Assembly (NCBI GenBank): GCA_035296065.1
Contig: DATHBR010000035.1
Location: forward strand, 11,278-75,277
Source of the DNA: Myxococcaceae bacterium
GTDB lineage: Bacteria; Myxococcota; Myxococcia; Myxococcales; Myxococcaceae
DNA length: 64,000 nucleotides
Direction of reading: 5' to 3'
The translations under genes and the position numbers were made by a program. The notes under the pieces were generated by a model, which saw only the letters and a list, made by a program, of their open reading frames with translations, was not told where the DNA came from and did not search any database. Position 1 is the stretch's first letter, and each line of letters begins with the position of its first letter. Shown here piece after piece: positions 59,156-64,000 of this stretch.

Positions 59156-59725
59156 TTACGGGCACGTCACGCGGGAGTTCCACGGGGCGAACAGGCCGGC
59201 CGGGTTGTACCGGAAGAGCCACACGTGCAGATCGTAGTGGACCGGCATCTGGGGGTTGTGGCCGGGCATCGGGCCATCGAACGCCTGGCCAATCGCGGTG
59301 GGACGGGCCTGGCCCGCATCGGCCTGGAAGTACTCGGGCCCCAGCAGATCGAGGCCGCCCCGGCTGTTCGGCGCGTACAGCAGGATCTCCGGCTTGAAGG
59401 GATCGGTCACCAGATCGCTGGCCAGTCCCGGGTGCAGGTAGTGGAAGCCCATGCCGCCCTGGCCCGGCAGCGCCTCACAGCCGCTCACGGGGATGTAGCC
59501 ATCCGCCAGCGCCTTGTTGACGTCCTTGTACTTCGCCAGCGCGAAGAGGACCTTGGTCCACTGAATGGCCTGCTGGCCCGTCAGCGCGTCAATCTCCGCG
59601 GCAATCTGCTCCTCTTCCGTCAGCTCCACCTGTGGTTGCGTGTCCTCCTGAGTCGCACCACAGCCCACGCTAAACATCGCGACGGCGGCCAGGCTGAGGG
59701 TCAAGCGGCGAGAGAGCATCTTCAT
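59156..59725 (-). CDS. Hypothetical lipoprotein
   Basis: Lipobox AMFSVGC. 189 aa. Confidence 0.75.
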   Translation of the reverse strand: MKMLSRRLTLSLAAVAMFSVGCGATQEDTQPQVELTEEEQIAAEIDALTGQQAIQWTKVLFALAKYKDVNKALADGYIPVSGCEALPGQGGMGFHYLHPGLASDLVTDPFKPEILLYAPNSRGGLDLLGPEYFQADAGQARPTAIGQAFDGPMPGHNPQMPVHYDLHVWLFRYNPAGLFAPWNSRVTCP

Positions 59726-59846
59726 CCGGTATCTCCGAGGGGGGGGTTCAGCGAGTTGTAAGCTCAGAGGTTATCGCCAGAGCCCCGCTTAAGTTGCCTT
59801 TTCCGGAACAAAAGGCCCCGCCCTTGCTCGGCCAGAGGAAGACGCA

Positions 59847-60887
59847 ATGCACCAGAGCGTGGCCTTCACCCCCGACGACACCCGGAGCTGGGGCCTGCCG
59901 GTGGCGGGCCCGGGCCTGCTGCTGGACGTTCCCCGCGAGGGGCACTGGCTGCGGCGGCCAGCGCTGCACTTCGAGGCAGCCCCGCCGTACCGGCTCCGGC
60001 TGACGAGCGGCGGGCAGCCGCTGCTCTGGGTGCGCATCGACAGCTATTGGGATCAGAGTGGCTTCCTTCGAGGCACCTCCGGCGCGCCCTGGGCACTGCC
60101 TCCGGTGTCAGCGGCCGAGCTTCGCGACGTTGCCCACGAGCCGGCAACGGAGCGTTGGTGGGAAGCCTGGACGTGGCGCCTGGGCCGGGCGCTCGCGGAG
60201 TCGTCCCATCCCCTGCTCTACGCGGGCCGCTGGTGCCTGCGGCCAGTCCAGTCCATCGATGCGAGCAAGGCGACGCGGTATCCCATCAGCACCATGGAGT
60301 GGGGGTTCGGCGAGCTGCCCTCGTCACCCCACTCGCTCGACGGCGTCTTGCGCTTCGAGCCGTTCTGGACCGAGGGCTGGGGCTATGAGGAGGTGAAGCA
60401 GGGCGCGGTGCTCCCGCTGCGAGCCCCTTCTCCCGAGGACGATGGCCGGGTGAAGAGCTGGCGCAAGCGTGCACGCGACAGGACGTTGCCCCCGGTGCTG
60501 CTGCTCTATGTGGACCTGCTGGCGAAATGGTTGGTGCTCGATGGGCACGACCGCCTGCAGGCCGCCCTGCTCGAAGGGGTGGCGCCGCCCCTGCTGGGGC
60601 TCTGGCCCGTCATCGAGGTGGTGCCCCCCTCCAGCACCGTGTCGCAAGAGGGAGCCCTCTTCGCCGCCGAGTTCAGCCTGCGCGCCGATGAGACTCCGCA
60701 ACGCATCGACCAGGTCAACCGCATGCTGCTGCACAGCTTCGCGGGGGGACGGCGCGGCACCGTCACGCGCGCCTGGCCCCTGAGAGGCTCTCTCGAGGCC
60801 TGGAGGGCCGAGGTGCTGGCCTGGCACAAGAGGAACGAGCCTCCGGCAGACCCCACGTCCTGGGATTGGTTCGTCTCCCCGAAGTGA
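59847..60887 (+). CDS. Hypothetical protein
   Basis: 346-aa W-rich ORF with protein-like composition. Confidence 0.6.
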   Translation: MHQSVAFTPDDTRSWGLPVAGPGLLLDVPREGHWLRRPALHFEAAPPYRLRLTSGGQPLLWVRIDSYWDQSGFLRGTSGAPWALPPVSAAELRDVAHEPATERWWEAWTWRLGRALAESSHPLLYAGRWCLRPVQSIDASKATRYPISTMEWGFGELPSSPHSLDGVLRFEPFWTEGWGYEEVKQGAVLPLRAPSPEDDGRVKSWRKRARDRTLPPVLLLYVDLLAKWLVLDGHDRLQAALLEGVAPPLLGLWPVIEVVPPSSTVSQEGALFAAEFSLRADETPQRIDQVNRMLLHSFAGGRRGTVTRAWPLRGSLEAWRAEVLAWHKRNEPPADPTSWDWFVSPK

Positions 60888-61023
60888 CGAGCCCCGAAAG
60901 AAACAGGCCCGCCAGGGTGTTCAGGCGTGGGTCTCAGGTGCCGCCAACAGGGCGGCCACGGGAGGCTCCAATCTGGAGCCGCCTCTCTGCTTGGCGTCCA
61001 TACAGGCCAGAACCCCACGCATC

Positions 61024-63252
61024 ATGGCGCACGCCCCTTCTCCAAAACCCTCCGCCTCCCTTGCCCGCTCGACGCTCATCAACATGGGCGTGCGCATCGC
61101 GGTCATCATCGCCCTGGCCACCCTCTTCAGCTACCTCCATATCTTCCACTCCATGCGCGCCCAGGCCCTTGCGCAGTTGGAGCGGCATGTCTCGGATCGC
61201 AGCCAGCGGGAGCAGGAGATCTTCCTGCTGGCACAGGACAACCACGTGGCGCTCAAGCAGGCCCTGCGCGAGCGCATCGAGGCCTGGCGCCAGAAGGATC
61301 CCCAGCCCCACTTTGACACCCTGTTCGCGCGGATGCCGGATGGGACGATCCGCAATCAGTTCCAGGGCTTCGATGGGACGCGGCTGCCGCAGGTCTTCGT
61401 CGCCAGGGATGTGCCGGTGGATGACGACTTCCGCCGCCGGCTCATCGCCGCGTACGAGGTGACCGCCCAGTACGGGCCCCCGTTGCATGTCCGCTTCACG
61501 GACACCTACGTCATGCTGCCGGAGGGGGCGCTGGTGATGTACTGGCCCAAGGCGCCCAACTGGAGCCGGGACGTCGAGGCCACCTACTCGTTCGTGACGG
61601 TCGACTACTTCACCAACTCTCTCGTCCAGAACAACCCCCGGCGGGAGACGACCTGGACGGGTGTCTATGAGGATGCGCCCAGCAAGGTGTGGCTGTCCTC
61701 GTCCACCACGCCGCTGGACATTGACGGCCGCCATGTCGCCTCGGTTGGCAGTGACGTGCTCCTGGATGAGCTGATGAGCCGGACCCTCAGCAACCACCTG
61801 CCCGGCTCCTACAACATCCTCTTTCGCGACGATGGCCAGCTCATCGCCCACCCCGACATGGAGATGAAGAGCGGGGCGGCCATCTACAACATCCTGAGTC
61901 CTCCCCGTCAGGAGGGGGACGCCAGGCAGCAAGCCCACCTGCGTGGCATCTTCGACCAGGTGAAGGCCCGCACGCCGGGCCAGAGCGTGCTGGAGTTGCC
62001 GAAGCACGGCGAGTACCTCGCGGTGGCGCGGCTGGAGGGCCCGGGCTGGAACCTGGTCACGGTGATGCCCGAGGCGGTGGTGTCCTCGGCGGCCTTCGCG
62101 GCCTCGCGCTATGTGCTGTTGTTCGGCCTGGTGTCGTTGCTGCTGGAGCTGGCCATCATGTACTGGGTGCTCAAGCAGCAGATCACCCGTCCGCTCTTGA
62201 CCTTCACCCAGGCCGCGGCCCAGCTGGCCGCTGGCGACTTCAAGGTCACCCTGAAAGCCTCGCGCGATGATGAGCTGGGGCGGCTGAGCGCTGCCTTCCA
62301 GCACATGGCCCAGGAGCTCCAACAGCGCGAGGAGGCGCTGCGGCAGGCCAACGAGGGCCTGGAGCAGCGCGTCGAGGAGCGCACCCGCGAGCTGAAGGAG
62401 GTGCACCGGCAGCTCGTGCACAGCGCCCGGCAGGCAGGCATGGCGGAGATCGCCACCAACGTGCTGCACAACGTGGGCAACGTGCTCAACAGCGTCCAGA
62501 CGGCCGCGGTGCTGGCCAAGGAGCGGGTGACGGGGCTGAAGCTCGAGCAGGTGGGACGGGTGGCGAACCTGCTGGAGCAGCACCGCGAGAACCTGGGACA
62601 CTTTCTCACCCAGACCGACCGGGGCCGCAAGACGATGCCCTTCCTGAGCCAGCTGAGCCAGAACCTGGTGAATGAGCGCAAGGGTCTGCTGGTACTGCTG
62701 GAGGACGTCAACCGCTACACCGCGCACATCAGCAGTGTCGTGAAGCTGCAACAGAACTATGCCCGGCTGCCCCGGCTGCACGAGCCGGTGCTCATGGAGG
62801 AGCTGGTGCAGGATGCGCTTCGCATCAACGCCGCGGGGCTGGGGCGCCACCATGTGCAGGTGGAGCAGCACCTGAACGCGGTGCCGCCAGTGCACACCGA
62901 CAAGAACAAGGTGTTGATGATCCTGGTCAACATCATCAGCAACGCCAAGTACGCCCTGGATGCATCGCCCCAAGAGGAGCGGCGCCTCACGGTGCGGCTG
63001 GAGCCTCCCGTCGGCGATCGGCTGCGCGTCGAAGTCCGTGACACCGGGGTGGGCATTGCACCGGAGATGCTCACCCGCATCTTCCAGTACGGCTTCACCA
63101 CCCGCGAGGAGGGGCACGGCTTTGGCCTGCACTCCAGCGCCCTGGCGGCCCAGGAGCTGGGCGGCTCACTTACCGCCTACAGCGAGGGGCTGGGGCGCGG
63201 AGCCACTTTCGTGCTGGAGCTGCCGTATCGTGCGCCCACGGGGACATCGTGA
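61024..63252 (+). CDS. Sensor histidine kinase (TM - Cache-like periplasmic domain - TM - HAMP - HisKA - HATPase)
   Basis: H-box MAEIATNVLHNVGNVL is paralogous to the kinase at 5724-7466. G-boxes GVGIAPE and GFGLHSS. Confidence 0.9.
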   Translation: MAHAPSPKPSASLARSTLINMGVRIAVIIALATLFSYLHIFHSMRAQALAQLERHVSDRSQREQEIFLLAQDNHVALKQALRERIEAWRQKDPQPHFDTLFARMPDGTIRNQFQGFDGTRLPQVFVARDVPVDDDFRRRLIAAYEVTAQYGPPLHVRFTDTYVMLPEGALVMYWPKAPNWSRDVEATYSFVTVDYFTNSLVQNNPRRETTWTGVYEDAPSKVWLSSSTTPLDIDGRHVASVGSDVLLDELMSRTLSNHLPGSYNILFRDDGQLIAHPDMEMKSGAAIYNILSPPRQEGDARQQAHLRGIFDQVKARTPGQSVLELPKHGEYLAVARLEGPGWNLVTVMPEAVVSSAAFAASRYVLLFGLVSLLLELAIMYWVLKQQITRPLLTFTQAAAQLAAGDFKVTLKASRDDELGRLSAAFQHMAQELQQREEALRQANEGLEQRVEERTRELKEVHRQLVHSARQAGMAEIATNVLHNVGNVLNSVQTAAVLAKERVTGLKLEQVGRVANLLEQHRENLGHFLTQTDRGRKTMPFLSQLSQNLVNERKGLLVLLEDVNRYTAHISSVVKLQQNYARLPRLHEPVLMEELVQDALRINAAGLGRHHVQVEQHLNAVPPVHTDKNKVLMILVNIISNAKYALDASPQEERRLTVRLEPPVGDRLRVEVRDTGVGIAPEMLTRIFQYGFTTREEGHGFGLHSSALAAQELGGSLTAYSEGLGRGATFVLELPYRAPTGTS

Positions 63253-63410
63253 ACGCGCGCGTGAGCAAGAAGCGGATTCTGATCATCGATGATTCGGAGG
63301 CCATCCATCTCCCCGGACAGCGGGACGCTGGCCGAGCTGAGAAAACCCGTCAACCGGGGCCAGTTGCGAGAGCTGGTGAGCACCTTTCTCACCGGGGCAA
63401 CCCGGCAGTG
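63249..63410 (+). pseudogene. Response-regulator receiver domain remnant (internal deletion/frameshift)
   Basis: Starts VNARVSKKRILIIDDSEAIH (beta1 plus the acidic pair) and overlaps the kinase stop (ATCGTGA). The +1 frame continues as ISPDSGTLAELRKPVNRGQLRELVSTFLTGATRQ*, which is the receiver C-terminus with the KP motif. About 80 aa of the middle are missing. Confidence 0.45.
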
Positions 63411-63468
63411 AAGGTTGACCCCTGTCGCGCATCCCGGTAGCCCGCGAGCTACACTGGTCGGCACTCAC

Positions 63469-64000
63469 GTGCTCAGGTTCCTGCTGCCCATCCTTGCTGT
63501 CCTGGCCGTCCGGCATGGGGCCTCCATCCCGGGTCCTGTGACCCGGGCGCGGCTGCGCAAGCTGCGAGAGCGGCCCCTTCCGCCCGAGCTGGCGGTAGCG
63601 CCTCCCCGGCCGGATGTGTGGGGCGAGCGCGGCTACCTGGCCCAGCCCCGCTATCAGAGCCAGTACAAGCCCCTGCTCACCCATGGCTTTGCCACCTGGG
63701 GCTTCGTCTATCAGTACTCCAGCTCGGCGGGTGGCGAGGACTATGACTTCACCGCCAGCTACGCGTGGCTCGACGCCGAGGGGAAGCTCCAGGTCCGGCA
63801 CCTCCAGGACGGCTACGACGCCATCCACGCGGCCTACGGCCGCGGCCTGGGCAGCATCGTCGTGGACATGGACGCCGAGCTCGGCCAGGACGTGGAGCTG
63901 GTCATCCTCCACGATCTGAAGACGGGAGAGCACATCCCCTATCGAGCGCTGCGGGCCCACCCGGGGCTCGACAAGCCCCCGCCTTCGTCCCCACCGCGCG
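63469..64000 (+). CDS. Hypothetical secreted protein (3' end beyond window)
   Basis: GTG start, then a signal-peptide-like LRFLLPILAVLAV. Open to the window end with coding-like composition. Confidence 0.4.
   Translation, partial: MLRFLLPILAVLAVRHGASIPGPVTRARLRKLRERPLPPELAVAPPRPDVWGERGYLAQPRYQSQYKPLLTHGFATWGFVYQYSSSAGGEDYDFTASYAWLDAEGKLQVRHLQDGYDAIHAAYGRGLGSIVVDMDAELGQDVELVILHDLKTGEHIPYRALRAHPGLDKPPPSSPPR

Noticed and set aside
60934-63132. 732-aa minus-strand ORF
   Set aside because: It is antisense to the Cache/HAMP histidine kinase. No motifs.
1-64000. Mobile elements, integrases, prophage or defence islands
   Set aside because: No transposase, integrase or recombinase-like ORFs. No terminal inverted repeats or tRNA-adjacent attachment sites. 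No compositional island apart from the short AT-rich promoter region at 1912-2110.

Overview
High-GC (~70%) chromosomal segment with a Myxococcales-like gene repertoire: many secreted lipoproteins with LxxC lipoboxes, a MYXO-CTERM-like tail, an ELWxxDGT repeat protein, multiple P450s and GAF/PAS histidine kinases. I call about 50 protein-coding genes and find no rRNA, tRNA, CRISPR or mobile elements. Most other long ORFs in the six-frame track are antisense shadow ORFs, typical of high GC, and are rejected. Note that the ORF track uses ATG/GTG/TTG starts and omits ORFs that run off the window ends.

The main observations are:
- A candidate P450-tailored RiPP locus at the left edge (positions 1-1911). 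A 29-aa peptide gene with a strong RBS and an aromatic YWFNY C-terminus sits between two paralogous cytochrome P450 genes, resembling cittilin and biarylitide architecture. It is preceded by an AT-rich intergenic region containing a 20-bp tandem direct repeat.
- A probable selenocysteine-containing MsrA (55826-56518). The catalytic Cys codon is an in-frame TGA, followed 12 nt later by a 7-bp stem/5-nt loop hairpin with bacterial SECIS geometry.
- A clear bacterial major vault protein homolog (30857-33145), with 13-bp direct repeats in its upstream region.
- Several eukaryote-like genes: a histone H1-like KA-repeat protein fused to an EF-hand pair, a sphingosine-1-phosphate-lyase-like PLP enzyme, and a sterol-desaturase-family protein.
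- An ABC-transporter-dependent polysaccharide locus (wzm and a wzt with a C-terminal binding domain), with two convergent bifunctional GT4-GT2 glycosyltransferase paralogs and a methyltransferase-glycosyltransferase fusion.
- A response-regulator receiver remnant with an internal deletion and frameshift, immediately after a Cache-HAMP histidine kinase.
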